A stretch of DNA of 64,000 nt from Macrostomum lignano (Eukaryota): assembly GCA_002269645.1 (NCBI GenBank), contig NIVC01003006.1, forward strand, positions 1 through 64,000. The letters are read 5' to 3'. The translations under genes and the position numbers were made by a program. Position 1 is the stretch's first letter. Each line of letters begins with the position of its first letter. Under the pieces are notes generated by a model. That model did not search any database, had not been told where the DNA came from, and worked only from the letters and a program-made list of their open reading frames with translations. Of this stretch, positions 37,990 to 50,699 are shown piece after piece.

Positions 37990-38235
37990 AGCTATTTGAT
38001 TTTTTATAGATATAAGACATACAGACAGACAGAGTTTTGATTTTTATACATGCTTGGGCGCAACCTTGGGATTCACTTGGCCGTTTCTATTGGCAACACG
38101 CATGTATGTCGCTATTGGACAGAATAGTAGTCACGTGACTGCTCTCAGCCAATAGCGACTTACATGTGTGTGTTGCCAATAGAAACGGCCGGGTGATTCC
38201 CAAGGTTGCGCACGTATGTTTTTATATGTAGAGAT
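37990..38235 (-). mobile_element. Helitron/HINE-like non-autonomous element 5' end containing a 170-bp palindrome
   Basis: Minus strand ATCTCTACATATAAAAA...TATAAAAATCAAAACTCTGTCTGTCTGTATG matches the 5' end at 39292. The palindrome 38049-38218 is flanked by TTTTTATA direct repeats. Confidence 0.5.
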
Positions 38236-38929
38236 AATAATTTATTATAAATAAAAATTCTAATGAAATAATTTAATATATTAATTTTATTTGCTTTTTG
38301 TTTTGTTAATAACATAACATTGTTTTGTTAATAACATGAAAAACTAACTTGTTTTGTGCAGTAATAATGTATATTAAGACCTAACAAACAGTGTATAATA
38401 CCGCTATCTTTCAAAGTGGAGGAAAGGGGGTAGTCTGGAATAGGGTTAATATCAGTTTCATATACTTAGGTAGGGTGAATGGATTGATAGTTTAGGCCTA
38501 GATAGAAAATAAAGGTTTGCACATAGCTAGCCTGGGTTAGGGTTGGGGGTTAAAGAGGTTGTGGGTTAGAAATTTGGGGTGGTGAATTGTGCTTAAATAT
38601 AAGCTTATAGATAAACAGGACAAGAATGACAGATTAAAGAAAGTATGAGTGCATATTAGCTTTTCTATGTAATCTTGTACTTGTAGAAATGTCTTGATTT
38701 GAACCACTACTGTGCTCCTACTTGCACAAGCTTTGTACTAGTGCTATTAATATCCAAGAAAGAAAATCTGTTGCAAATGCATAGATTACCAAAAGATGAC
38801 ACTGGCAAAGTGCTAGCAGCAGCTACTAGAGTGTGGATATTGACCTTTAAAAAGAATAGCTAATTTAAAAGGAATAGCTAATTTAGTCCAATACTATGAA
38901 ATTTCCAATGTACATTTGTGATAGGGGCC

Positions 38930-39150
38930 TGGCCAATGTGTTATTAAATGGTGCTAGAGAGATGAGTGGGTAGGAGAGCCGGCAAGACAAGGCTGCGAAA
39001 AAAAGAACCTATGAGAGGAATAGCAATGCTAGAAGATTAATAGCTCCCCCTCAATACCAGTAGCCAGCAATAGCTGTGGTGGTTTTGGTGTATGGCAGTC
39101 TTAGGCCCTAGTCATGCACTGCACAAACCTGGTGTATAATTTGGTGAAAT
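38930..39150. repeat. Decayed dispersed repeat, inverted relative to about 43570-43800
   Basis: GAGAGCCGGCAAGACAAGGCTGCGAA...TACCAGTAGCCAGCAATAGCTGTGGTGG...GGCAGTCTTAG aligns with the reverse complement of 43590-43790. Confidence 0.75.
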
Positions 39151-39291
39151 CCCTCTTATGCCATAGCCCATATAGGGTCTAGGCTATGCCAGAATTTTGG
39201 TATGCTATGCAGCATGCTAAGCATTAGACCCTATACTAGGCCTACTATTTGAAAAACTATAACCTAGGCCTACAGAAAAAATCTTTTAAAA

Positions 39292-39900
39292 ATCTCTACC
39301 TATAAAAATCAAAACTCTGTGTGTGTCTGTGTGTGTGTATGTGGACAATTTTGATCGCTATGGACTCCCAAACCACCTGACTAAATGACACCAAATTTTG
39401 CACCCACCCTAAACTCACTACGGAGAATGTCTTAGGCTATCTTTAAATTTCCTAAATTTGAGTCTTCCCACCTAAAAGTGAAAAAACTGCTCAAAATGCG
39501 CAATTTTTTCATTAAATCCTCTATAGCTCCGCTCCACTTATACCAATTTTCTTCAAATTTTACACAAACAATCTTCAACTATTTTGACACAATTGTGTAA
39601 AATTTTGAGTCTCAAAGTTGATCCTGAATGGCGCTGTGCACTTTTAAAGTTTGGCTGTTTTTTTCAGCAAGGCAGCCACCCCAACCTCCACCCGCCTGCC
39701 TCTCTTTCCCAATCCCGATCTGGGCCCAGGTGTGTAAAAGGGTTTCAAAATTGACTAACTTTCAGCTGCCATAAGTTTTCTCCACGTAAAGCGATTGACT
39801 TTAAACTTGACACAATTTTTTCATTGACTGATTCTCTGTCTAAATGTAAAGTTTCAACTCTGTAGCTCAACCAAAAAAGAACTGTAAGCATGTGAAGTTT
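39292..39900 (+). mobile_element. Helitron/HINE(DINE-1)-like non-autonomous element
   Basis: Starts ATCTCTACCTATAAAAATCAAAACTC + (TG)n, then ...CCAAATTTTGCAC... and ...CCAATTTTCTTCAAATTTTACAC..., a typical HINE layout. 3' end uncertain. Confidence 0.45.
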
Positions 39901-40499
39901 GTCTGCTTTTTCTGTTGTTTGTGCCACTCACTCACTCATTCCCCCAGAGCCAGACGAAGGGTCAGGCGATAGGGCTGAATGTACATGGCAATGTACAGTG
40001 TTTTGGAATAGCTTTGTTTATGGCCTTCTTTGCACCCCCCGTGGAGAGGCTATGTTTAGCCATCCATGACATTTTAGTGAGAAATTCTAACCACTGTCCT
40101 CTGTATAGGCAAACTCTGCAACAGTTTAACAATGGATAGCAAATCAGGGTAATCCAGCATGGTTTGTAAAAGCGAAAGATTTATGAAAAGGCAATGCATT
40201 GCAATTGCAACTCTACTAAATTAGTCACATCATGGAAATTTAAAGTTTCTCTTACTTAAAGGTACTTTAAAATTTAAATGGCCTCCTAAGAAATGCGTAT
40301 TTCCTTGGTTGTTAGACTGATGCAGACTGCAGTGGAGCTGAAGATACACAAATTATTTTTAGGGCTTGCAAATTGGCAAGAAAGATGACATGATCAAAGC
40401 ATGAGAATAGCCATGAGAGTACTACGTCCCACAAACTGGCTTTCCAAGCAGGAATGGGCAGACTTTTACCTCAAAGGCCAGAAAAGAATCCTGCTTATG

Positions 40500-41660
40500 G
40501 CTAAGGGGCAGTTGAGAGTGGAGAGAAAAAGGAATAGACTATTCGAAAAGAGAGGAGAGGTGAGAGAGAGAATAAGAGAAAAGATAAAAGATAATAGGAG
40601 AGATGAGGAAGCGAGGACGATGAGAGGAGAGAGTAGAGAAGAGCGAGTAGAGAGGAGAGAGTAGAGGAGCGAGTAGAGGAGCGAGTAGAGAGAGAGTAGA
40701 GGAGTGAGTAGAGGAGCGAGTAGAGAGAGCTGCAGATGAGAGGAGAGCAGAGAGAGGAGCAGAGAGGAGAACAGAGAGGAGAGCAGAGAGGAGTTAGTAA
40801 AGAGGAGAAAGGAGAAATGAGAAATGAGAGATGAGAGATAAAGGAGGAGAGTGGAGAGAGAAGAGACGAGACAAGAGAGGGAGAGAGTATATAGAAGAGG
40901 GAAGAGAAGAGAAGAGAAGAAAGGAGAAAGGAAGGTGAGGAAACAAGAGAGGTGAAAGAAAAGAGTACAGAGAGGACAGAATAAGAGAACATATAAGACA
41001 GTAAAGATGACAGATGAAAGAGGGGGGGTGAGCTGAGAGCAGAGACGAAAATGAACAGACGAGAGATGGAGAGTAGAGAGGACAAAGGAGAGATTACAGA
41101 GAAGAGATTACAGAGACGAGAGGAGAGACAAAGGGAGAGAGAAGTGAGTGAGATGAGAGGAGAGAAAAGAGGAGAATGGAGGGGAGAGAGTAGAGAGGAG
41201 AAGAAAGAAGGGAGAGGATAGATAAGAGAGAGGGGGGGAAGCAGAGAGAGGGGGGAAGCAGAGAGAGAAGGGGAGCAGAGAGAGAAGGGGGAAGCAGAGA
41301 GAGAGAGAGGGGGGAAGCAGAGAGAGAGGGGGGAAGCAGAGAGAGAGGGAAGCAGAGAGAAATGAAAATAGATAAAAGAGAAGAGAGAAAAAAGAAAGGA
41401 GAGATCAGAGAGCAAATAAAGATGAGAGAGAAGAGAGGTGAAGGAAAAGATGAGAGAAGAGTGCGGGGAGAGGAAAGAGAAAAGAGATGAGATAAGAGAG
41501 ATGAAAAAGAAGAAAAATGAGGGAAGAGATGAGAGAAGAGGGGAAAGAGGAGAGAGGAAAAAGAGAGGAGAGGAGAGGAGAGAGAGCTCAGAGAGGAGAG
41601 ATGAGGGACGAAGAGAAGAGAGGAAACAGAAGAGAAGATAGAAGTTTCAAAGGATCCAAG
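40500..41660. repeat. GA-rich low-complexity region
   Basis: Direct reading. Confidence 0.9.
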
Positions 41661-42487
41661 GGACGTAGGGAAAGTCAAAGGCAGAGGCCAGAGTTTGCCA
41701 ATACATGTTTTAGAATCAGACAGACATTAATTGCCTATTTAAAGTAAAAGCACCCCTAGCCAACAATATCAATGTTTGCCTCACATCCTAATTGTACGCG
41801 AATATACTCTATTTTGTTTACCTTTATCTTACTAACTAACTATTAACAAGTTTTTGTTTCAGTATAGACTATAGGGATAGGCTCAGATTTCAGAATACAT
41901 GCAAAAATAGTTCCGGGGATTGGAATTCCCCAGGTTCAAATTCTGCAGGTTTCAACAGCTTGTAATAAAATAAAAATCATAAATAGAATCTCATATTTAT
42001 AATTGACCTGTGTAGGGCTATGCCACTAATAGTAATGGCATAATAATATAGGCCATTTTACTTGCTATATAACAATAATTACATAGTAGGGCTACTGTAG
42101 GCCTATGATTTACATACATGTCATAGAATATACAAATTTATATTAACATATAATATTACTTTTCGAAACAAAAAACTCTACGAATATCAATGACAATAGC
42201 CTAGGGCTATAAGAAAAGCAAGGTATAAAAATAAACATTCATTGGATCTGTATCTGTCTTTCACTTGGCACTCTTCTGTTCCATTAAAAACAAAAACTAA
42301 ATTTTAGTAGGCCTAGCCCTAGGTAGGCCCCCTACTGTAAAATTAAAAAACTTTCATTCTGCATAATGAATTTCTTCAGTAAAATGTATCCCAAGAAAAC
42401 AGTTTTTCATCCTTCTACTTCAGTAGTCCTAGACCTCACTACTGAGTACTGAGTGCTTAGGTCACGCGCACGCGGGAAATTTTAACT

Positions 42488-42740
42488 TTGAGGCTCTTCA
42501 TATTGCTTGTTCTGGTTCTAGAACCAGAACCAATTTGTAAAGTATAACTTTTTGCCTCCTAAACTAAAGGGATATTAGTGCTTTAAAATTGTGATTATTG
42601 AATGGCAATAGCCAAGAAGAAAGTGAAAAATTGTGCAAAGTGAGGCTGTTAAGGCAGTCAAACATTCAACAAAGTTAAATAGCTATACTGCTTTTTTTCT
42701 TGGAAATCCGAATCCGAACCGATTCTGTTTCGAGAATCGA
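42488..42740. mobile_element. Degenerate copy of the Harbinger-type MITE at 55196-55455
   Basis: GCTTGTTCTGGTTC...AGAACCAATTTGT.AAGTATAACTTTTTG...GTGCAAAGTGAGGCTGTTAAGGCAGTCAAA is shared with 55210-55430; ends are degraded. Confidence 0.7.
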
Positions 42741-45700
42741 TTGCCGTGTAGAGGAGCGAGCTCCTTAACGGCCTTTATAAGTTTTAAAAAACTTATGTAA
42801 ACACAAATGAAGTAAAAAAGTATTCTAATGCTCTAGGCCTATAAAAAACGAATAAACATTTTATTGAACAGTGTTGTTTACATACTTACACAAGTGAGAA
42901 AACAGTGTTTCAAGCTAGCAAATTTTGTTGTGACTTGTTGCATTTTTAAACATAAAAAAAGTTATTAATACCTTTGGCCGAAAATTTTATGAACATTAGG
43001 CCTAGTCATTAGTGGGATCAATAATCGAATTTGATTTTCATCGCTAATTGTAATTGTTGCTTTGTACTGCAGGAAAGTTATAAAAACTAATGTTAAAACC
43101 GAAATCTCTAGTAAAAAACGATCTTTTCACAACTGAAAGGAAGGATCCAATCTTTCTTTTTCTTACATTACAACAGTTGCAATAGACCTAACAATGTCAA
43201 TAACAAAAAGCTCAAGCCAGTGTTTAAAAATTTAGACCTACTCTATCCAAGTATTTGTGAACAAACCCTTTTTGCCTCCTTAGATTATTCTAGGCATATA
43301 TAGGCCTAGCATATAACAGTTTATCTTTAGAATTCTAAGTTGAGTAGGGCCTAGGCTAGGCTAGGCCTAGACCATATTTATTAATTAAGTGAGAAATTCC
43401 AATCTAGTGACAAGACAAGAGCCAAGACAATGCCATAGCATAGCCCATAGCCATAGGCATAGCCTAACTAAATAATCTAAAAATCTGATCTATAATTCTT
43501 ATCTAAACCTACTCAAAATCTCAAATCAATGACAATAGGTCTAAGTCTTAGCCTAACATTAATCTATTCTAGGCCATTGCTATACATTAAGTGCATGACT
43601 AAGACTGCCATACACAAAGACCACCATAGCTATTGCTGGCTACTGGTATTGAAGGAGCTACCAATCTTCTAGCAGGCCTATTGCTATATTTCTTTATAGG
43701 TTCTTTTCTTACACTAGTTACAGCCTTGTCTTGCTGGCTCTCTTACCCATTTATCTCCTCTTAGTCTCTAGCACCATCTAATAACACATTGAGTCAAATT
43801 TCTCTCTTAGCTCCCCCAAGTATGGCGGTCTTGGTGTATGGCAATCTTAGTCCTATACCATACGTCATAACATTATGTCATGTCATGTGCAATCTTTTTT
43901 ATTTAGGCTAGGCCTATATTGGCCATGTAACTTAGGGCTAAGTAAAAGCCTACTTTTTGGCACAAAATATGACTTACAGTTAAGCTCCATTATAAAAGAA
44001 GCCTAACACCTTAAAAACAAAAATAATTGCCCCAAGCTAGTCCTAGCAAATTTAGGTAAATCTTCTGTCATAATTTTAGGTAAATGGCAGAAGCTGCCCT
44101 CTTCTTATTTATAATTATATTATTAAGGCTAAATACCTTGTTATTTGTTATCTACTTTATATTTTTATAATAGGAAGTTTTGAACTTCTAGTCAATCTGG
44201 TAGGCCTATTAGATAATCAATCTGGCAATAATCAAAGTGGCAATAGATAATTGAACAATAGATTTTGTATTGTAGTTTTAGATTTTAGATAGGGCATATA
44301 AACAATTTTACAATAATGGCTAGAGTTTTGGCACTAAAACCTATTTTCTAATAGCTATAGATCTAGTAGTGGTATTATAATCATCAGTGGCAGATCTAAA
44401 GTTTCATTTTGGGGAGATGATCTAAGTTTGAGGCATCAACATAAATATAAAGATTGCTAATTTTTAAGCTAAGAGGCATAAAAATATATATAAGAAGTAA
44501 AACATCAAGCTTAGGTATGCAAAAAAAGGTGTTTGGAGGCAAAAAATCAAGTTTAGGGGGCGCAAACTTAGGTTTTTAGGGGGTGCAATATGTTCTATCA
44601 AGAAATTTTTGGAGGGGACAGCCATATTGCGGAAGGAGGGGTGTATGCCATAATTTTCCGGCATACACTTGAGTTTCTATGGCGTACACCAGCGTACATT
44701 TCTTGGCTATGTACAGTATGGCATCATATAATGTGGTGTACATGACAAGCATACAAATTAATATAAAGAATTTTTTCGTGCATTTTTCTGTTAAGTTATT
44801 TCAAAAACCATTTTTACTGCTACTATTTTCTCATTTACTAATCATTTTAATTATTGGAATCGTCACAACAATTGTTGTGTCAGTATCATTTTTTGTAATT
44901 TAAATTTAAATTTAAATATTTGTTGATTTTTTTATCAATAATTATGGCTATACTTTTAACATAATTTAGGGTGTCACATCAAATGTTTTAATGTATTAGT
45001 ATATTTGATTATAAAACTAATATGTGGCCTTTAATAAGATTAAAGAACATATCAATTTAATGTAGTTTCCTCTTTTTCAAAGCAATACCAATATTATCAT
45101 TATGATGTGTTCTTATTATTGAGACTTTTCTCAGTAATCAAAGAACAATCATTTCTAGCACTTAGCTAGGCAACCCAGTAATCAAATGAAGGTATTTATT
45201 ACTTTGAGTCCTGATCAGTAGATCTCATCCGCAAGTAGTTCTTGCGAGTAGTCTATTGATGTCTTGCAGATTAGCTGGTTAGCTCTTGGAGCCTAGTCCA
45301 GTGGTCTTCTTTGTCTCTTGCTGGCTGGTATCTATTGTTCAGACCAATAGGAAGCTTCAAATTAACAATGGGATCCCTGCACCAAACTGCAGTATCAAAT
45401 AAGCCTTCTCCTTCTAGCAATGACTTAATGCACTCTAGTTAAAGCTCCAGTAATCACTGATAGTCTTCTAAGATCTATCAGGGCAGTCTTTCTGGAGATT
45501 GCAACCAATGGAGTCTAAATAGACTCAAGAGTCTCAACAGACTCAAACTCAATACAAATGAGACATCTCAAACTATTGGCACAAATGAGTAAGGCTTACC
45601 ATAAGAACTCAAGAATCTTCTTTGGTAGGAAGACCATTTCTTCCTCTTTGGAGCTTCTTCTCCTTCTGCAAGTCAGTTTCTTAGCTCTGGGTCCACTTTA

Positions 45701-47670
45701 GACCACTTGTATTTATAGGCAAATGGACCTCTCTCAAGGTTTTCTATCACCTTTTTTGTAAATGTCAAAGGGTCACGCTTTGGTTGCTGTCAAGCATGAC
45801 AAGGCAGAAAATTGCGTAACTAGTCTACTGCAAATGCACATGATTGGTTACTGTAGCTGGTAGTTTTCTATTGCATTTGATTGGTTTATCCAGGTGCAAA
45901 CTGGGTGCAAGCCAAATGATAAATCATAGGTGGGGTTTGAACTGACTAATGTAGGTCACACATGACCTATGATAAATTGCGGATGGGGTTTAACTTGACA
46001 ATTGTACTACTGAATGAAATGTATAAGTAGTATGTTAACCATTTTTATGGATTTTGAGGGAGGCAGAATATTCTACAATTATAAGAAACAATCTATTGAA
46101 ACTTGCAGATTTTGAACCCACTATATTACAATTTGTGCAACTATTTCTATGTATATTTTATTTAAAAAATTGATATATAAAATAATAATAATATATATAA
46201 GATAATAATAACAATCATAATAATCATAATAAATATAATAAAAGATCTCTAATCTATCAAAATACCAAATAGCTGATTTAATAGTTTTTTATTATACCTT
46301 GTCTCAAGATTGACTCTCCCCATTTTGACCATCTTTAATTATCTGTCCCTGAATCATCCTATTGCTAGATTAACTAGATGCCAATTTTTTGTGACTTATC
46401 TTAGTTAGGCCCTTTGGTTGGCTTGGCTAGGTGTTGTGCATATTATATATATGATATGTTGTATGTATATATATATATTTATCAATTCTAAACCTTAGGA
46501 AAAATAATATTACCTAGTTCCTAGTTTTTTATAAAAAGTTAAGATGCCTTTTGCACAGCTAGGCCCCAAATAGACCAAAATACTTGGCCTATGCAAGGAA
46601 CAAATAATATTATATATTGTTGTTATAAATCTTAGATCTAGTATACTAACAACTTAAATAATGTATATAATAGTATACATATTTATATCTATAAAATAAT
46701 AATATTTATAATTCTAACTTAATATGTAGAGATAGGCCTTATAAACTATAAGCACTATAATATGAGTTTAAGGGTGCTCAAAAGGCATTTTGAGGTAAAA
46801 AATCAAGTTTAAAGGTGCAAATTATTTTTTTTTTGGGCACAATATGTTCTATCAAGCTATTATGGAAGGGAAGATGGCTTCCCCGCCCCTCTAAATCTAC
46901 CTTTGCTCTCAGAGGTATAAAAAGTTCCAAAAATAATTAGGAAAAAAATGAGAATTGAACCTCCAACCTTCTATTTTTAAGTCCAAAATTTACCTTTAGG
47001 CTATAATTTTAGTTTTAAGTTTTTAGCTATATTACCCCTTGGCTTTAGGACAATAGGATAATATGTTTATATATGTATATGATAATTAGCCAACTAAGCC
47101 TATCTAATACAGGTCAAAAAAGAAAAGCTAAATAAACCTTAAAAAACAATTTTCTACAATTAAAGTCATTAGATATGATTAGGATTAGGAATAGTTTTCT
47201 TATGTTTGATTCAGGAATTAAGATAGAGTTTTTAGTGTATTATAGTTTGTAAGTCTATATAGAGTTGAACATTAGTTAAATAGATAAAATTAAGACCAAA
47301 AGGTAAAATACAACAGAATAGATGCAAATTTGGGCTTCTTCATGTTATACATTAGTTGCAGTTTTGATAGGATCATAATTTTGTGTGTCCTTGGGGTTGT
47401 GGGGTGAGCGGAGCTCTATACTGTTTCATATTTGTATGCCATTTTTTTCAATTATGTTTTGGCAATTCCTTGGCAATTCTTCAATTTAAATGGCATTTAT
47501 TCATTATATAAATGTGTATGTGTATTTACCATTGAATCAGTTGTATATAGCTAGCTATAATTGCTATGTTCCTATAACATTTCCTGCATTTTTAGTTTCG
47601 ATCTGTTGCTGTTGTTATATAAATAAACAAATATTAATCTAACAGAAACTGGATTGCACAACAAGCAGCA

Positions 47671-48703
47671 ATGGAGCAGGAAAAGCGAGACGAAGAAAAG
47701 TCATTAATCTTTCTTCGGCACAGCCTTGGCTTAGTGTACACCCTGGTGATTTTTTCTATCGGCCTATCAACCAGCGTGTACTTCGCCATGACCGGCGATC
47801 GCGCGGAGAGCACCCAATTTCACGAGGCATTCTTTTTCATTGTCTATTTAACCGGCATCGGGTCCTGCGTCGCTCTTGGCGTCTACATGTGGCGCAATCG
47901 CGAAAGTCGCTACCACTCTCAGCGTAGGCAGATTCGCATGGAATCTCTCAGTCTGGGCCACCGGCTAGCCGGTGTCGCGCCGCCGCCGCAGACGGACAAT
48001 TCTACTGCGGTTGCCGCGCCAAGCGATGTCCGCTTTGAAGATGGCTCAGTGGCTAGTCTGCCATTCGTTGCCCACTGCGGCGAAGGCTTCAATGCTTACC
48101 TGCGGGCTGGCCTGGCGCTGTTCGTTGCTGGCACGGTTGCCTTGGATTTGTTGCACATGTCGGCGCCCTATCTAGATGGCAACAAGCCAGCCTGCACAGG
48201 CAATCCGTTTCAAACTGCTCTCTACGCCTGTCAGCTACTGTTTGTAGTCGCATCTGGCAGCCTGTTGGCTTTCGGGCATAGGGCAATTTTCTTGCAGCAC
48301 AGAGGCTTTATAACTGCCCTGCTGGGCCACCTGCTCACCGCCTGTCTGTGCCTGTGGGCTCACAGTTCAGTTGCGGAAATCACTATCGCTGTAGTTCTCG
48401 CTAGGCCGCTTGGCAAAACCAATGCCACGGCCACCTCCGCCGCTTTGAATGCCTCGGCCGCTTGTCCGAATGGTCGGGCGGCCATCGATTCTCTGGATCC
48501 GTTTCTCAGTCCGGCCAAAGTTGAGTTTGCTCTGCTAGCTGGGCCCATGGCCCTGCAACTGCTAGCCTATGTTGGCGATCACCGGATGGTAGAAGCCAAG
48601 CAGTCGGCCCCGGCCGAGACCAATGCCAACTGCGAGTCGGAGGAGACTGGGGAGAATAGCCGGCTGCGGCAACGCTCGAACAGCAGCGGCGATAATCGAG
48701 AGG
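47671..48703 (+). CDS. Otopetrin-family proton channel, exon 1
   Basis: Multi-TM ORF: FNAYLRAGLALFVAG...C...LLGHLLTACLCLWAHSSVAE...LDPFLSPAKVEFALL, similar to otopetrin YLR.G / H...N.C.W / PFL.P..IEYSL motifs. Donor GAGG|GTGCGT. Confidence 0.75.
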
Positions 48704-50113
48704 GTGCGTTTGCTAAGTATCAGTATATAATAGTAGTATGATGCCGGTTTTATTTATATTCTTTATTCTGAGATTGTTTCGTTATGTTTTAAATGCAATG
48801 ATCACGTTTTACTTTCAATTATTTGCATTTTTATTTAATTTATTGTTTTTGTGCGTCAAATTGTTTACAAAAACGTATCATTTCTAATTCTTGCGGTTCA
48901 TCTAGTGCATTTCTATGATCAGTTATACACTGTTGCACAATGCCGTATGGTGTTTTGCTTCGCAAATTTATTCAAAAAATAGATTATGAACGCAATTGCT
49001 TTTTGTTCACTTGTGTTCAGATCTTTTAAAAAAACTAAATGAAGTATTGATGAAACAGTAGTCGTAGCAATCTGTTACTGATAATTACAGCGTTAGGCGC
49101 TGTTGTTATGGATGATGGGCATTGATTATTATATCATTAAATGCACATACTCCTAAGTGCTATGCAAAGCTAGACTGTTCTCTACCGTACTGTGGTATGG
49201 AGTATAATGCATTGCGTTCGATTCCGTTCAGACGTCAGAGACAATGGTGCAGAAAAAAAAGTTTATAATTTACAGCACGTCAATGATTATTAATCATTTG
49301 TATTTTATGTACAGTGGTAAAGTATGTTATATGCGTGTGCAGCTACTAAAAGTCCTAACGGTATAATATAACAAGAGCCAATTAATCTGATCTCTGTACA
49401 TAAGCGCATAGCCATACGCAGGGTGTACTAAAGTGTCTTCACTCGGTGTCTCTCAAGTTGGCACTAGTGAGCCAGCCGCTCAAAAAAGCCAAAGGCTAAA
49501 CTGATTTAAGGCTTATACACTCGGAATCGAACTATGGGACTTAAAGCGTTTCTAAATAATCTTAATGGATAATGAGTATTATGATTTTACCTGTTTATAT
49601 GCAGTACTAACAACAATATACTGTACCTATTTATTTTCTATGCATAGTGCTCAAGTACTGCACATATTATTGCATCACGATGAGCTTTGCTTTGCATCTG
49701 TAACTAACAATAGCTACTCGGGGGCAAACAATAACAATGCATCGTCTTAAAACTACACAATTTTCACCATAGGTACAAAAATAGCCGTAATAAGAACGCT
49801 AAACTTATCATTGTACTTTATGCTAACACATTTCTGTTGTACTTTCATTTGTAATGTAACTGTTGCTACGTCGCCTTGGTTACACGTGTACACACAGCAA
49901 GCGAACTGTATGCATTTTTCTACTTCGTACATTGTTTTATAGTTGATACAGTGAAATTTGTACTTTAAGAGATTCAATTCTCAATATGTTGGTAGACTAT
50001 ATTGTATACAATGCAACACGCCAGTTCATTCGAAATCTTACATTCTAATTCAAGGTACGCTCGTACATTGACTACCGTACAGCCATCTCCCCTTATCTTA
50101 ATGCGACCACCAG

Positions 50114-50397
50114 CAGAACGCGCCGAGAAAGCTGATTGGATGCGCCAACTGAACATTGAACTGACTGTGCGCGATCTGATTGGCCCAGCCATTGGCGCGG
50201 CCGCTTTCATTGTCACATTGGCCGTGTGCATCTGCGTATTATCGTTGAAAGATCGCAAAGCCGCCGCTCTGGCTTACCTGATCCATACGGCTCTGCTACA
50301 CCTGGCCGCTATTGCAGCCTCTGTGCCGGCTCTGTGCCGTTTGCGCCAACTGGAGTTTGTCAGCGCCGAACGGCACGCCTTTGATGATAGGCTATTG
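50114..50397 (+). CDS. Otopetrin exon 2 (5' boundary approximate; NAGNAG acceptor at 50113/50116)
   Basis: LIGPAIGAAAFIVTLAVCICVLSL...LHLAAIAASVPALCRLRQLEF...FDDRLL; donor TTG|GTAAAT. The phase-1 acceptor was chosen to match exon 1. Confidence 0.65.
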
Positions 50398-50699
50398 GTA
50401 AATTTATTGCAATTGTGCCGCCTAAATAATGTGGTCACACCTAAAAAAAGAAACCTCAACATGCAGCTATTCTAATCTCTGATTTTCACCCGAGCGTAAT
50501 AACAATCATGCGAACTAGATACACTTTGATTACTAGCAATTTTATCGAATTTAGTCTTTAGCCTTTAAATGCTAGTGGCTTCTATCTAATCACTTAATTA
50601 GTTTGTACTGTATACATATACAAGTATTTCCCGGCGCATTGCGGGTACGCAATTTTCTCGTCGAATGCGAGCAGACCTGCAGTACTGTAGCCATATCAA

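Noticed and set aside
44385-46905. 2.5-kb hAT element bounded by CAGTGGCAGATCTA ... TAAATCTACCTTTG
   Set aside because: Only 10 of 14 positions match as inverted repeats and there is no TSD; plausible but unsupported.
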